Positions 19,673 through 31,543 of a stretch of 64,000 nt of DNA are shown in pieces. Every line of letters begins with the position of its first letter. Position 1 is the stretch's first letter. Origin of the DNA: a virus; IMG/VR virus record IMGVR_UViG_3300022226_000004, positions 12,992-76,991 of that record. The stretch is one strand, 5' to 3'. Position numbers and translations under genes: made by a program. Under the pieces are notes generated by a model. The model was not told where the DNA came from. It did no database searches and saw nothing but the letters and a program-made list of their open reading frames with translations.

Positions 19673-20530
19673 TCAAATGTCAGTGACAAATGGATAGCGA
19701 GGCTTCACATACTCTTCGTAAATGGCAGCCATGCAGGCCCTTGTCAAAGCAGTAGTCTCATAGACGGCGATGTCTAGGCAATACCACTCAGCAAAAGGAA
19801 CCGAGCCATAACTGACGCGATCCCTTCCAAGCCTTGTAAGCGTTAAGGTCTGATTGAATGTGCCTTCAGCATTAGCTGTCAGCCTGTTGTTCTGGTAAGC
19901 TGACCCGTTGCCTCCACCATTCTCTCCCCCAACAGCAACAGCTAGGTAGGAGTTCAGGGGTGGCGCGTCTCCATTCGAAACATTGTTGTAGGTAATCGAT
20001 GCCGAGCTTCCGCTTAGCCCGATCACCTCTTGCGTTGGATCTTGGAACACCATGTGTGACGTATTGATCGTCAGATTGGCGTCACCAAGAAGAGATCCTG
20101 CCTGAACCACTCGCCCAATAACTAGGCATGAGTAGTTGGGGTTTGTCAGAGCGATATTGGTGTCAAGTGTAGCGAACTGCCTGGCGTTCGTGAACGTCGA
20201 GGTGTTTGGACCATTAAAGTAAATGCATGGCGCATCAAATGGGGAAGACCCTCCGGAACCTGACGCCTGCATGTAAATAGGCCCGAATCCAGCCGTATTG
20301 TTGAAGGCCTCATTGCTGGCGATCCTGTCAACCCAGCCATATGTGGGCTTGGTGAGCTCCGTTTGGTCGGGAATTAACGGGTCAAGAGTATCAGCCCTCC
20401 AATGGTAAGTCGGCCCCGCTGAGCATCCGGTGACAGCCTCGAGCTCAATTAGCCCACCCCTTTTCCTAGCGCTCCTAAATAACGGGAGCGCCCTCGTTAA
20501 GGTCTGCCCTGGTAATACAATGCGTGGCAT
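19673..20530 (-). CDS. LamG/ConA-like virion protein
   Basis: HWRAD..GWVD start and LDIAVY end, typical of phage LamG-like domains. Confidence 0.5.
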   Translation of the reverse strand: MPRIVLPGQTLTRALPLFRSARKRGGLIELEAVTGCSAGPTYHWRADTLDPLIPDQTELTKPTYGWVDRIASNEAFNNTAGFGPIYMQASGSGGSSPFDAPCIYFNGPNTSTFTNARQFATLDTNIALTNPNYSCLVIGRVVQAGSLLGDANLTINTSHMVFQDPTQEVIGLSGSSASITYNNVSNGDAPPLNSYLAVAVGGENGGGNGSAYQNNRLTANAEGTFNQTLTLTRLGRDRVSYGSVPFAEWYCLDIAVYETTALTRACMAAIYEEYVKPRYPFVTDI

Positions 20531-20832
20531 CAGTCCGCATAGTAGCTGTAAGCTACGTCAACGCTCCCGGCCCTGGCAACCCTGAGGTCGGATAGCCTGC
20601 CGGCCGGAAACCATTGTTCAGTATCTGCGTGCACCCAGCAACCATCTGGAGCACTTGGGGCATACACCAGCAACGCTTCATCAGCGCTCTCGTTTGAAAT
20701 CCTGACCCCATTCTTGAGCTGAATGTCGTCCCCAGTCAGTGCAGCCGGTGTAGCCGTAGCCGTCCCCCCATTGCTTGCTGGCCCGACATCCGTAACATTT
20801 GGATGCGTGATATCTGGTTCGTAAAGAGGCAT
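20530..20832 (-). CDS. Small beta-rich structural protein
   Basis: 100 aa, coupled. Confidence 0.5.
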   Translation of the reverse strand: MPLYEPDITHPNVTDVGPASNGGTATATPAALTGDDIQLKNGVRISNESADEALLVYAPSAPDGCWVHADTEQWFPAGRLSDLRVARAGSVDVAYSYYAD

Positions 20833-21350
20833 TAAGATCCTTTCGCTACATTGTTGATCTGAATGGCAACTCCCTTCGCCGGCCCATCCCTAAACGACTC
20901 AAGCTTGGGCTGATTACTTGGATCCGTCGCATGGATCTTCAAGATGTTGCCTACCGCTTCATCACGGTCTCTCCATAATCTAGCCTCTAGCTCAGCGAAA
21001 GCCAGAAACCTTTCGTCTTCATCTTCGCGATCAGCTTTATTGCGGCGTTTGCGACACTTGCGCAGCAATTCGTCCCTGTTCGCATTCGAGAAGACATGCT
21101 CAGTAACCCCTATCCTGTGGAGGCCAATCGCTTGCAATTCACCAGCCATCCCCCTGGCTGCCCTGAACCTCGTTAGTCCAGAGCCCTTCAGCTTCAAGGC
21201 CGCGCAAACTTGTTGAGCCTCCGCTTCCGTCATGGGAGCGGGTAACGCTTCAGCGACCACGGAATCTATATCGATTTCCTTCTCTCGCCCTTTAGTTGGC
21301 TCAGGAGGTTCTAGATGTGTTTCCGTCATGATCTTCAAGATAGCCCCCAT
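20832..21350 (-). CDS. Hypothetical protein, possible terminase small subunit
   Basis: Helical, ends in VAIQINN, a C-terminal strand common in TerS proteins; heads the late operon. Confidence 0.35.
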   Translation of the reverse strand: MGAILKIMTETHLEPPEPTKGREKEIDIDSVVAEALPAPMTEAEAQQVCAALKLKGSGLTRFRAARGMAGELQAIGLHRIGVTEHVFSNANRDELLRKCRKRRNKADREDEDERFLAFAELEARLWRDRDEAVGNILKIHATDPSNQPKLESFRDGPAKGVAIQINNVAKGS

Positions 21351-21505
21351 TCAATGCTTCGGGCCAGCCAAAAGTTGGGACTCCGTCGGCCGCTTCCCAT
21401 GCCCAGCAGTTTTTTGAGCGATCCGTTACGGCGAAAGGCATAAAGCACCAACACCCTTGACGCTCACCATCGATGTAACTGCCAGGCGTCCCGCAAGAAA
21501 GAAGA

Positions 21506-22549
21506 TCAGTGTTCAGCATCCGGCAGCTGGAGCACGCTGCTAACCTTTGAGTCGATAAGCTCCCTGAGGGATGGTTGCGCTTGAAGAATCTTGGGCTCAG
21601 AGATAACAATATCGTTGGTGACGCCCTCCATATTGCCCGACAAAGATCTAGGCGATTTTTTGTCCGGAAAAATTCGATGCCCAGCCGTAAGACCAACTTT
21701 AGAAACACGAGCAAAAGGCAACAACGCTCTACTACACCAGGTTCGCAGCGCGACTCGAGCAAACTCTCTAGCACTTTGGATCCGCTTCGCAACATCGCCC
21801 GCATAACCTACAACCCCTAGCTTATCGAGTCTAGCCTTCTCGGCGCCCTTGCTCGCTTTGCGCCAAAGGTCAGTCGGAACACACTCCAGGTTAGGAGATG
21901 CCGTCTTGTCCTCGGGATCCATTGCTATCAGCTGACGCGATAGCAAGCGATCAGCCAACCCTGAATCAATGAACTCCCTTTCATTCGAGCATGCCTTGGG
22001 GACATTCCTGTGGCTGCGTGCCATCAACTCCTTCCAGTGAGGCCGGTAAGGCAGTAGTCCAAGCTTGCAGAACCCGAGATCCAAGACCTTGCCCTGCAAC
22101 AGCCATGTCAAAGCAATCCGCTGGAATAAGGCCCAAAAATAAGACACCTCCTCAACCTTCCACGCACTGGCTTCATTGAATAGCTTCACCACAAACGGGT
22201 TGCTAACACCAGACATATAGGCCTTCCTGACCTTTTCTGCAGACTCTTGCTCCATCTTGCCATTCCACTTCAACCAAAGCTCAGGGGTAATCCCATCAAC
22301 TTTCTTCAGCTTCTTGAATTCAGCGGTTGGCAATAGCCAGCCACCAGTTTCAGATGTCCCTAGACTAATGGATTCCAGCTTAGCCTTGAGCCTGGCGAAC
22401 CTGGCCAGCGGTAAAGCCACCGCACATGTGGTCTCGTAAACCCTCCGGTGCCCACCCACAAACCCCGCTCTGACCAACACAGGAACCTCACAGCCTTCTG
22501 TGACCACTACAACCCTAAGCTTTTTATCGCCTGATACGCGAACCGTCAT
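21506..22549 (-). CDS. Hypothetical protein
   Basis: 347-aa basic ORF. Confidence 0.6.
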   Translation of the reverse strand: MTVRVSGDKKLRVVVVTEGCEVPVLVRAGFVGGHRRVYETTCAVALPLARFARLKAKLESISLGTSETGGWLLPTAEFKKLKKVDGITPELWLKWNGKMEQESAEKVRKAYMSGVSNPFVVKLFNEASAWKVEEVSYFWALFQRIALTWLLQGKVLDLGFCKLGLLPYRPHWKELMARSHRNVPKACSNEREFIDSGLADRLLSRQLIAMDPEDKTASPNLECVPTDLWRKASKGAEKARLDKLGVVGYAGDVAKRIQSAREFARVALRTWCSRALLPFARVSKVGLTAGHRIFPDKKSPRSLSGNMEGVTNDIVISEPKILQAQPSLRELIDSKVSSVLQLPDAEH

Positions 22550-22779
22550 TACTTGAGGTCATTGAACACAGTCGCAGGAGACACAGCCATGTTTGACGCA
22601 ATTGCACGGATGGACATGCCGGTGCGCCTCATAGCTATCACCCTGGCCTTTCGCGAAGCAATGCGCTTGGCTAAGGCCTGCTCGCGAGTTTTGGCCCGCT
22701 TGGTAGCCTGCTTTTTCACGAACTCCAAATGCTCCAGCCTTTGCTTCAGGCTCATAATCTGACGGTCTATTCTTTTCAT
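22549..22779 (-). CDS. Helix-turn-helix DNA-binding protein
   Basis: GMSIRAIASNMAVSPATVFNDL. Confidence 0.75.
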   Translation of the reverse strand: MKRIDRQIMSLKQRLEHLEFVKKQATKRAKTREQALAKRIASRKARVIAMRRTGMSIRAIASNMAVSPATVFNDLK

Positions 22780-23621
22780 TTCTGGGCTACGAACCTGAGT
22801 TCCTCTCCTAGCCCACGCACTTCAAGTTGATTAACGAAATCCACCACAGCTTCAGGTTTCACATCCGGATTAACGCTCGCAACAACCCTGGACACCTCGC
22901 TCCTGGTGTAATCTCCGATGCTTGTCCAAAACGACATGCGCCCGAAGCCAGCCATTCCCAAAGCAGCCTCCAAGGTATCCTTAGTGTAGTGAACGTAGTG
23001 GTAGTTCGCGTCTAGCCAATACCAATCCTTGCCCAAAGTCTTCGAGCAGTAGGATTCGAAATTCGGAACTATCCCAATGAACCACCCGCCAGGCCGAAGT
23101 CTGCGAATGACCTGGTTGAGAGCCTCAAGCGGTTTCGGCATGTGTTCAAAAACGTGCATCATTGAAATCACGTCAAACCCTGTTTCAGGACAATCCTCGA
23201 TCGGATCCGTAGATATCTTGAGCCCAAGTGACTCCCTTCCTCGAAATGCCATCTTGCGACAAATCTCAATACCGGAAACATCCATGCCCTCGTCCCTCAA
23301 CGTAAGCATGAAAGCGCCCCACCCACATCCAACATCAAGCGCACCACCATGCCCGAGCTCAGGCCCGACACCTCTCTCCTTGAGGTCCCTGATGAAATCG
23401 TAACGCCGCAACGCCGAGTCATTTACCTTGTCAATTCCTGGCCATGCCATGTGGCTCCCGTCATCCCCGTAATCCTGGTAGAACCCTATGAAATCCCTGA
23501 CCGCATTCGATTGCGCATACACGAGTCCACAGTGATTGCATTGCCGCACATTCGGCACTACGCTGTAGCGCGGATGGCTCTCCGCACACGCACAGAGCGG
23601 ACAGTTTGGCTGAAATACCAT
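22776..23621 (-). CDS. Class I SAM methyltransferase with N-terminal Zn ribbon (polysaccharide-locus type)
   Basis: CPLC..CNHCGL, LDVGCGWG, FDVISMMHVFEH, LRPGG..VPN. Confidence 0.85.
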   Translation of the reverse strand: MVFQPNCPLCACAESHPRYSVVPNVRQCNHCGLVYAQSNAVRDFIGFYQDYGDDGSHMAWPGIDKVNDSALRRYDFIRDLKERGVGPELGHGGALDVGCGWGAFMLTLRDEGMDVSGIEICRKMAFRGRESLGLKISTDPIEDCPETGFDVISMMHVFEHMPKPLEALNQVIRRLRPGGWFIGIVPNFESYCSKTLGKDWYWLDANYHYVHYTKDTLEAALGMAGFGRMSFWTSIGDYTRSEVSRVVASVNPDVKPEAVVDFVNQLEVRGLGEELRFVAQK

Positions 23622-23635
23622 GACATCTGTTTATC

Positions 23636-23908
23636 ATGAATGGCGAAAAACCGCAATCCCGGTTTAACACCCGCACACTGTCAAGACTTGCCGAGAAGAC
23701 CGGAGCAATGGTGGTCACATTTTCAGAACCAAACATGCCAGGCCCGTTTAATGGATTCTCAACAATCGGTTACTGGGACGGAGATTGCTTCAGAAACGCC
23801 CACACCGGCCAACCATTCGCTGACTTTCCTGTCGAAGTTTCCGCCCTCGACGAAACCTGGGTCATCCCAATAAAGCTTGAAAAGCCGGGCAAGCCAGATG
23901 ATCGTTAA
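23636..23908 (+). CDS. Hypothetical protein
   Basis: 90-aa ORF, divergent and 14 bp from the methyltransferase start. Confidence 0.5.
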   Translation: MNGEKPQSRFNTRTLSRLAEKTGAMVVTFSEPNMPGPFNGFSTIGYWDGDCFRNAHTGQPFADFPVEVSALDETWVIPIKLEKPGKPDDR

Positions 23909-23913
23909 AGGAT

Positions 23914-24198
23914 ATGCCAAACAATGGACCACAACGACGGGGCGGCGAATCAATCGCAACGCCAAGCACCTTTAGTGACACTCCATCACGGGCGCCTGGG
24001 GACACCTTTGATGACTTCCTGAAGCAAACCGGTGGCGATCCAGCTCCCAGAGGAGGACATCAAGAGGCAATCAGTGACCACTTGCGGAAGATCAATGACT
24101 TCGGAAAAGAACCTAGACCTGGTTACGGGCCTGCCCCGGAACCGGAAACCTTTTCCTCGTCCCCAGAGGGAATCCTGCCTGCCGTTCAACCAGAATAA
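23914..24198 (+). CDS. Hypothetical disordered protein
   Basis: 94 aa, Pro/Gly-rich. Confidence 0.4.
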   Translation: MPNNGPQRRGGESIATPSTFSDTPSRAPGDTFDDFLKQTGGDPAPRGGHQEAISDHLRKINDFGKEPRPGYGPAPEPETFSSSPEGILPAVQPE

Positions 24199-24212
24199 AG
24201 CATCGAGCTGTA

Positions 24213-24353
24213 ATGCCCAAAGGCACTAAAGTCGAACGATGCTTCAATAAGCTGAAGCGAGAAGGGAAGCTTCCTGGGTCAGCAGCTAGAATTTGCCAGG
24301 CATCAACAGGTAAGTCGCTCAAAACTGGGAAGCCACCAAAGCGCAAGACTTGA
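24213..24353 (+). CDS. Small basic protein (46 aa)
   Basis: Below the track cutoff; MPKGTKVERCFNKLKREGKLPGSAARICQASTGKSLKTGKPPKRKT. Confidence 0.55.
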   Translation: MPKGTKVERCFNKLKREGKLPGSAARICQASTGKSLKTGKPPKRKT

Positions 24354-24388
24354 CAAGCTCACGATGCCAGCCAAACTGGCAATGACTT

Positions 24389-24595
24389 ATGAGCGAATAT
24401 TGTATCGTGAAATGGTTCGACAACAAGAAGGGCTACGGCTTCCTTCAATGTGGAAAAAAAGATGTCTTCGTGCATCACTCGACAATCACTGCCCAGGGAT
24501 TCAAAACCTTGAATGAAGGCGAACGAGTTCTAGCAGAGGTCATTGATTCCCCAAAAGGCCCTAAAGCAGTTTCTGTCACCAGAAACCCCGAATAA
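24389..24595 (+). CDS. csp: Cold-shock domain protein
   Basis: VKWFDNKKGYGFL (RNP1), DVFVHHS (RNP2), GFKTLNEGE..KGPKA; TTGACA at 24350 upstream. Confidence 0.92.
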   Translation: MSEYCIVKWFDNKKGYGFLQCGKKDVFVHHSTITAQGFKTLNEGERVLAEVIDSPKGPKAVSVTRNPE

Positions 24596-24599
24596 GGAA

Positions 24600-24626
24600 G
24601 CCCTCCCAGCTTTCACCAGGAGGGCC
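24600..24626. terminator. Hairpin between convergent genes
   Basis: GCCCTCC...GGAGGGC stem. Confidence 0.45.
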
Positions 24627-24679
24627 AACCCTAACAACCAAACCGCGCCAATGAGTTCCAGGCGCTGACTCAGCGTATC

Positions 24680-25215
24680 TCACGCAACCCTGAGCGTCAA
24701 CGCCTTCTTGCGCCTCTCGTTAGCTTGATCCAACCTCCGTCGCCTTCCTGCCTCTCGCTTGTCTAGACAAGATTGGCACGTTGACATATGGGGCAACCCC
24801 TTTTTGCCGCCGCAAGTCGAACACTTGCCCTGAGCAAGCAGCTTCCTGATTCGCTTTCTCCTTCGCTCCCGAAACCGCATCATGCAGGTTCCACAGTGAC
24901 TAGCCGTGGCTTCCTTGTCGCGCCCACAAGAACACTTTCCAATCTTCGCATACTTGGCGTGCCTCCGATCCCTCTCCGCCTTGTTCTTGAGCCGGCACCT
25001 CAAACAGGTTTTTCGCTCAGCATCCGACTCTTTCTCGCCACCACATTGGACGCAAAGCCCTTGATCGAGTCGCTCACCGTAGACCCGCTTCTTCCACTTG
25101 CGCTTCTGCTCCTTTTCAATAGCATCAGGATCCTCGGGCTTAGCTGGCGGCGCAATCAAGTCCGACCTATTTGCCACAATCCTGAGAATCTCTTCCCTCG
25201 ATGGAACACCTGTTA

Positions 25216-25219
<4 letters not shown>
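24680..25219 (-). CDS. Basic multi-CxxC zinc-ribbon repeat protein
   Basis: Three repeats of GxCxxCG...CxxC; Arg/Lys-rich. Confidence 0.65.
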
Positions 25220-27663
<2,444 letters not shown>

Positions 27664-27667
27664 AACC

Positions 27668-28273
27668 TTATCTTGCTCTCATTTTGTTGTAGATGCTCCA
27701 GAACGTTTCTGGGACATCCCTTGGCTTGCTGTTAGTGATGTGATTCTTGCGGAAGAACGTTATCCCGTCAAAGGGGCCACTCATGGAAGCACAATATTTT
27801 GCCGTCGCTTCCTTTCCCCATTTCTTTGCCACCTTCTTGATAGCCTTTTCCGGGATCTTCATGCCGGTGATGCCAGCTAGTTTGGTAGCAGTAGCAACAG
27901 GATCTGATTCTATTTCGTTGTATCTAAGCAACAGCACATCATAGAACCATTGCCTGTGCTGATATAGCCACGCCTCATACTCCTGCGACAATATCAGTTG
28001 AATGGCTGCATCCCTAGGCTTCCTGCCCACCTTGAGTAGACTGGCAGCTTGACTTGTTGCTTCACGGAAAGGGCACACAACCCTGATGTGCTCTTCAGGC
28101 AGAAAAATCGGCCTCCATAAGTGAATCTTGATGACGTTGTCATTTGGCCTCCTTAACTGCTGGTCGATGTCGCCATCCGTTGCGAACCCACCAGGCACGC
28201 CCATGAGCTCACGGAGTATGTTGTAACACCAGGTGCTCCCAACCCTGTAGCCGCTAGTAACAACGATCTTCAT
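27668..28273 (-). CDS. Sulfotransferase-like P-loop protein
   Basis: SGYRVGSTW..N (5'-PSB-like), KIH, R....QAAS, LLRYNEI..DP. Confidence 0.65.
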   Translation of the reverse strand: MKIVVTSGYRVGSTWCYNILRELMGVPGGFATDGDIDQQLRRPNDNVIKIHLWRPIFLPEEHIRVVCPFREATSQAASLLKVGRKPRDAAIQLILSQEYEAWLYQHRQWFYDVLLLRYNEIESDPVATATKLAGITGMKIPEKAIKKVAKKWGKEATAKYCASMSGPFDGITFFRKNHITNSKPRDVPETFWSIYNKMRAR

Positions 28274-28536
28274 CGAGAACTCTCTGAATCGATCAAGGCC
28301 TCCAATACATGCTTTGCCTTTTCCAGATCATCGATACCGCCCTTATTGCGCCACCTTGAAACATACTTGATGATCTCCCCCTCAGCCCACCAAAGCCCGT
28401 TCTTGATTGCATACTCCATTGGTTCAATGACCATCCCTTTGTAGTGAACCCCACCTCGCATCTTATCGTTCAACGCCGAGCAGCGTTTCTGCGATTCCTG
28501 GCTCGTTTTTTTGTCTTTGCTGCCGTCTCTTGCCAT
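28270..28536 (-). CDS. DUF3310 family (T7 gp1.7-like) protein
   Basis: GGVHYK..IEP.E..GEIIKYVSRW..KGGIDDLEKAKH. Confidence 0.85.
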   Translation of the reverse strand: MARDGSKDKKTSQESQKRCSALNDKMRGGVHYKGMVIEPMEYAIKNGLWWAEGEIIKYVSRWRNKGGIDDLEKAKHVLEALIDSESSR

Positions 28537-28715
28537 AACCTATTCCTTCTTTCGTATTGTATTGCTAACACCTTGGCCATTCTCTCTTGCCATCCTTCAG
28601 TAAAATGGTAGGCACTATCAGGAGGCTGGTAGGCTCCCGGACGAGCCTGGGGAATCTTGTCCGGGATAATGACCTTCCTATTCGGATCAATTTTTAAATG
28701 CCTGCCAGGTTCCAC
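28470..28715 (-). CDS. Hypothetical protein
   Basis: 81-aa ORF filling the gap. Confidence 0.4.
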   Translation of the reverse strand: MEPGRHLKIDPNRKVIIPDKIPQARPGAYQPPDSAYHFTEGWQERMAKVLAIQYERRNRLWQETAAKTKKRARNRRNAARR

Positions 28716-28716
28716 C

Positions 28717-29577
28717 CTAATCCTGTAACGCGTAAACGAAGTCGCACCAAATTATCCTGGCTCCATTCGCGTTCTTCAAGATCGTTGAACTCGAGAAATT
28801 CGGGGTGATGTTCAGTGCCTGGCCGCCCCATGTCGTCCATGTCGCCTCAAGTGTGTTGTCACTCCCAGGAGCAATCGTCGTAGGCTTGCCCCCAAAGGTA
28901 ATAACACCGGGAATCTCGACCTGAAACCAACCCTGGTTCATGCCAGACGATGGGCTAATGTCACGCCAATCACGCACCTTGTGAGCAAAGCCAACCGTGT
29001 CGAAGAACTTAACCCGAATCCCCACCCTAACGTCATACAAGACCGATGGACTTCCACTCAACTGAGCCACCCAAAACGGAGTCTCAAAGTCCGTGTATTG
29101 CAAGCTGATGCCAGGTTGTGGAGCTCCAGCAGGATGCCAAAACGTAGGCACCTCAACCCGAAATCCAGCAGTGTCAGTCACGCCAGGAGTTTGCACTGGG
29201 AAAGAGCTCGTGCAGGCATCCTGAAAAACACCGTTCAGATAGAACTCCTTGATCCATCCACCCCCAGCGCCAAATGGTGGGCTCAACGGTGCTCCACCAA
29301 CCCACCAGTAATCCCGACGGTGCACCGAATTCGCCGGCACATTGACTTGGATGAAGCAGGGACTCCCATAATACGAAGTAGACTGATAATCCGTGGTGGT
29401 CGTGGACTCCGAATAGCTATTGCGATTGAATGCCAGGGTCTCCGTTTTCTTTTTGACGTTCCCAAAAGGTTGGTAGTAATCCTCCACCTGGAAACTCGTG
29501 ACCGTCAAAACCTCTAAATAACCGTCCGCCGCAACACTCATCGCGGCTAATGCTAGTAATGATACTAATTTCTTCAT
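28717..29577 (-). CDS. Secreted protein with signal peptide
   Basis: Probable start 29577, MKKLVSLLALAAMSVAADG; ATGA coupling to the upstream gene. Confidence 0.6.
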   Translation of the reverse strand: MKKLVSLLALAAMSVAADGYLEVLTVTSFQVEDYYQPFGNVKKKTETLAFNRNSYSESTTTTDYQSTSYYGSPCFIQVNVPANSVHRRDYWWVGGAPLSPPFGAGGGWIKEFYLNGVFQDACTSSFPVQTPGVTDTAGFRVEVPTFWHPAGAPQPGISLQYTDFETPFWVAQLSGSPSVLYDVRVGIRVKFFDTVGFAHKVRDWRDISPSSGMNQGWFQVEIPGVITFGGKPTTIAPGSDNTLEATWTTWGGQALNITPNFSSSTILKNANGARIIWCDFVYALQD

Positions 29578-30050
29578 TTCTCTCTGTCTATTTGCTCTTG
29601 TTGCTTGACTAATGTTCCAGACATCTTCGAAATCATGCCCCAAAGCTGTTTGTTGGTCAGCTTGCGGGCCAATGGATTCACCTGACATCTCCGATATACT
29701 TTCATTTTATCTCCAAATGGAGTTATTACACCCCAATCGTAGTCCTCGCCCCTGGCTTTAAGAACCTCAGACATGGATGACGCGATTCTCTCCGCCAATT
29801 CGCGAGGGGCCAGATAATAACGCTGCCTAGTAGGCGGGATCAAGCTCACTTTGTGCTTCTTTGAGTCAGCATTGAAGTCACTCCATGTCCTCTTGACCTC
29901 AATCTCAATAACATAGCACTTGTGGTTTACCCCAACCACGTCCGGGCGCCCAGCATGGTCAAAAACCCAGCGCTCTAACGCCACAATCTGGCATCTTCGG
30001 CGATACCGAAGCCATTTAAGAGCCGCGTGTTCTAGGCTTCCAAAGCCCAT
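29574..30050 (-). CDS. PD-(D/E)XK nuclease-like protein (MmcB-like)
   Basis: RPDVVGV..IEIEVKRTWSDFNAD.KK..RYYLAP. Confidence 0.65.
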   Translation of the reverse strand: MGFGSLEHAALKWLRYRRRCQIVALERWVFDHAGRPDVVGVNHKCYVIEIEVKRTWSDFNADSKKHKVSLIPPTRQRYYLAPRELAERIASSMSEVLKARGEDYDWGVITPFGDKMKVYRRCQVNPLARKLTNKQLWGMISKMSGTLVKQQEQIDREK

Positions 30051-30243
30051 CAGGATGCTCCTGGGATAATGCTCCGAGATTCTCGCGAATATAGCGCCCA
30101 ACAGGGCTGTCTGCGTCAAAATCCGGAGCAGTCCACAAATAATGAAGGTAAGGGGCCGGCACCTCCTGCATCAACTTGCCCTTGTGCTTGCCAAACGGCA
30201 TGGGATCCAAGTCAGCAAGGGCTTTCATGGAAGTAATCTCCAC
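30016..30243 (-). CDS. DUF3820-like protein
   Basis: MPFGKHKGKLMQEVPAPYLHYLW. Confidence 0.75.
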   Translation of the reverse strand: MEITSMKALADLDPMPFGKHKGKLMQEVPAPYLHYLWTAPDFDADSPVGRYIRENLGALSQEHPDGLWKPRTRGS

Positions 30244-30536
30244 TTCATAATGATTCTAGCGTGGTTCGAACGCCTTCTGCTCTTCTGCCAACCCCAGAAA
30301 TCCCACTTTCGTCCCTTGAAAATGGATCCAGCAGCATTCCCTAGGTCGCTCGCCGGCGTTCCCTCGGCCTCCAGAGCTTCAATCACGTCATCAGCACTCA
30401 CTGTGGTTTGAATAAGCGCCAACCGCTCCGCAATCACCCTGGCTCTCTTCAAGGCATCATGCCTCTTGATCGCCGCTAACTCCATTCCCCGCTTCTTCAG
30501 CGCCTCTCCAAGCTCCAAATCCATTTGTTCAGTCAT
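30225..30536 (-). CDS. Hypothetical protein
   Basis: Start MTEQMDLELG after a promoter; LGNAAGSIFK..S.R.SNHAR motif. Confidence 0.6.
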   Translation of the reverse strand: MTEQMDLELGEALKKRGMELAAIKRHDALKRARVIAERLALIQTTVSADDVIEALEAEGTPASDLGNAAGSIFKGRKWDFWGWQKSRRRSNHARIIMKWRLLP

Positions 30537-30595
30537 CGATGACCAAAATAACCTTTCCGCTTGAACAGTCAAGCGCTTTGTGCGAAACTTTTTTC
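30537..30595. promoter_or_regulatory. Second pair of overlapping divergent leaderless promoters
   Basis: Plus: TTGAAC(30561)-17-GAAACT-6nt-ATG 30596. Minus: TTGACT(30572)-16-TATTTT-8nt-ATG 30536. Inverted repeat CGCTTGA/TCAAGCG. Confidence 0.55.
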
Positions 30596-30802
30596 ATGGA
30601 TTGGATACCTGCTCACGAAATACTCGAGCACCCAGAGTGCTTTTCGGACTCCATGGACATCGTCCCGCTGCTCTTGGCGTTCCCTGGAATGCGACACCCG
30701 GAAGTTGGGCGCTACACCTACACGGTCAATGAATTCTCTGTCATCGGGGCACCTGGCGACAGACGCCCAACTCACTTCATGCCCATGCCAAAGATGCCGT
30801 GA
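30596..30802 (+). CDS. DUF551-like protein
   Basis: MDWIP...PTHFMPMPKMP. Confidence 0.6.
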   Translation: MDWIPAHEILEHPECFSDSMDIVPLLLAFPGMRHPEVGRYTYTVNEFSVIGAPGDRRPTHFMPMPKMP

Positions 30803-31071
30803 AAGCGTTTGAAGTTTGGTTCGGGCCTGCCAGAAGCCATCGGTTCGCCAATCAGTCAGCTATCATGATCGGCGAAACAAGGGAAAAAGCCAAATACCAG
30901 TTCTTCCTGCAGGCCAAGAAGATGGGAACCGTCACCAAAATAACGGAAATCCATGTCCGAAGACGCAAAGACATGGACCGCATCATCGGAAAAGTCACTC
31001 CATACAGGAGCTATACTCATCAATTCGCGACCAAAATCTTGCTCCAAACACGCAGAACGACACTGTCATGA
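30799..31071 (+). CDS. Hypothetical protein
   Basis: GETREKAKYQF..IHVRR; coupled. Confidence 0.55.
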   Translation: MKAFEVWFGPARSHRFANQSAIMIGETREKAKYQFFLQAKKMGTVTKITEIHVRRRKDMDRIIGKVTPYRSYTHQFATKILLQTRRTTLS

Positions 31072-31247
31072 ACGCACTGCCCATGCCAGACCGTCAGCCC
31101 GACACCCCCGAAGCCGTAATTAAACAGATCTGGAAAAATCCTTGCCCTGCTTGCGGAGCCCAGTCCATGGAAGACTCGGAAATAAGATGCCAGACAGGTT
31201 ACGTCTGCCTGGCATCAGAACAAAGGGCCTTGGAAGATCAGACCTGA
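31068..31247 (+). CDS. Small Zn-ribbon protein
   Basis: ATGA-coupled start; CPACG..C..C. Confidence 0.45.
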   Translation: MNALPMPDRQPDTPEAVIKQIWKNPCPACGAQSMEDSEIRCQTGYVCLASEQRALEDQT

Positions 31248-31513
31248 ATAATCTGAAGGTTCGTGGGAGCGGGAATCACGAGCGTAATAACGCCCTGGGC
31301 CGGCACACTCTCGTTGAATTGAGCGTCAATCGCCGCAACCTCCACCTCATAGGTCTCGTTCACGTTTAACCCAGCAATCATTTTCAGCCTGTCAGTCTTC
31401 GCCACTGATGTCTCCACCCAGGTCGGAGCACCTTGAATGCGGTGCCTAACCTTGAATTGAGCAATGAATTGCTCGTCCGATGCCTTGTAGTTCCATGTTA
31501 CTTGCGCGTTCAT
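31238..31513 (-). CDS. Stand-alone fibronectin type III domain protein
   Basis: VTWN..F.V.HR..W..GLNVNETYEVEVAAID..NES; promoter TTGACA(31547)-16-TAATCT-6nt-ATG. Confidence 0.7.
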   Translation of the reverse strand: MNAQVTWNYKASDEQFIAQFKVRHRIQGAPTWVETSVAKTDRLKMIAGLNVNETYEVEVAAIDAQFNESVPAQGVITLVIPAPTNLQIIQV

Positions 31514-31543
31514 CCAAAGAGATTACGAGCAAGGAACCCCTTG

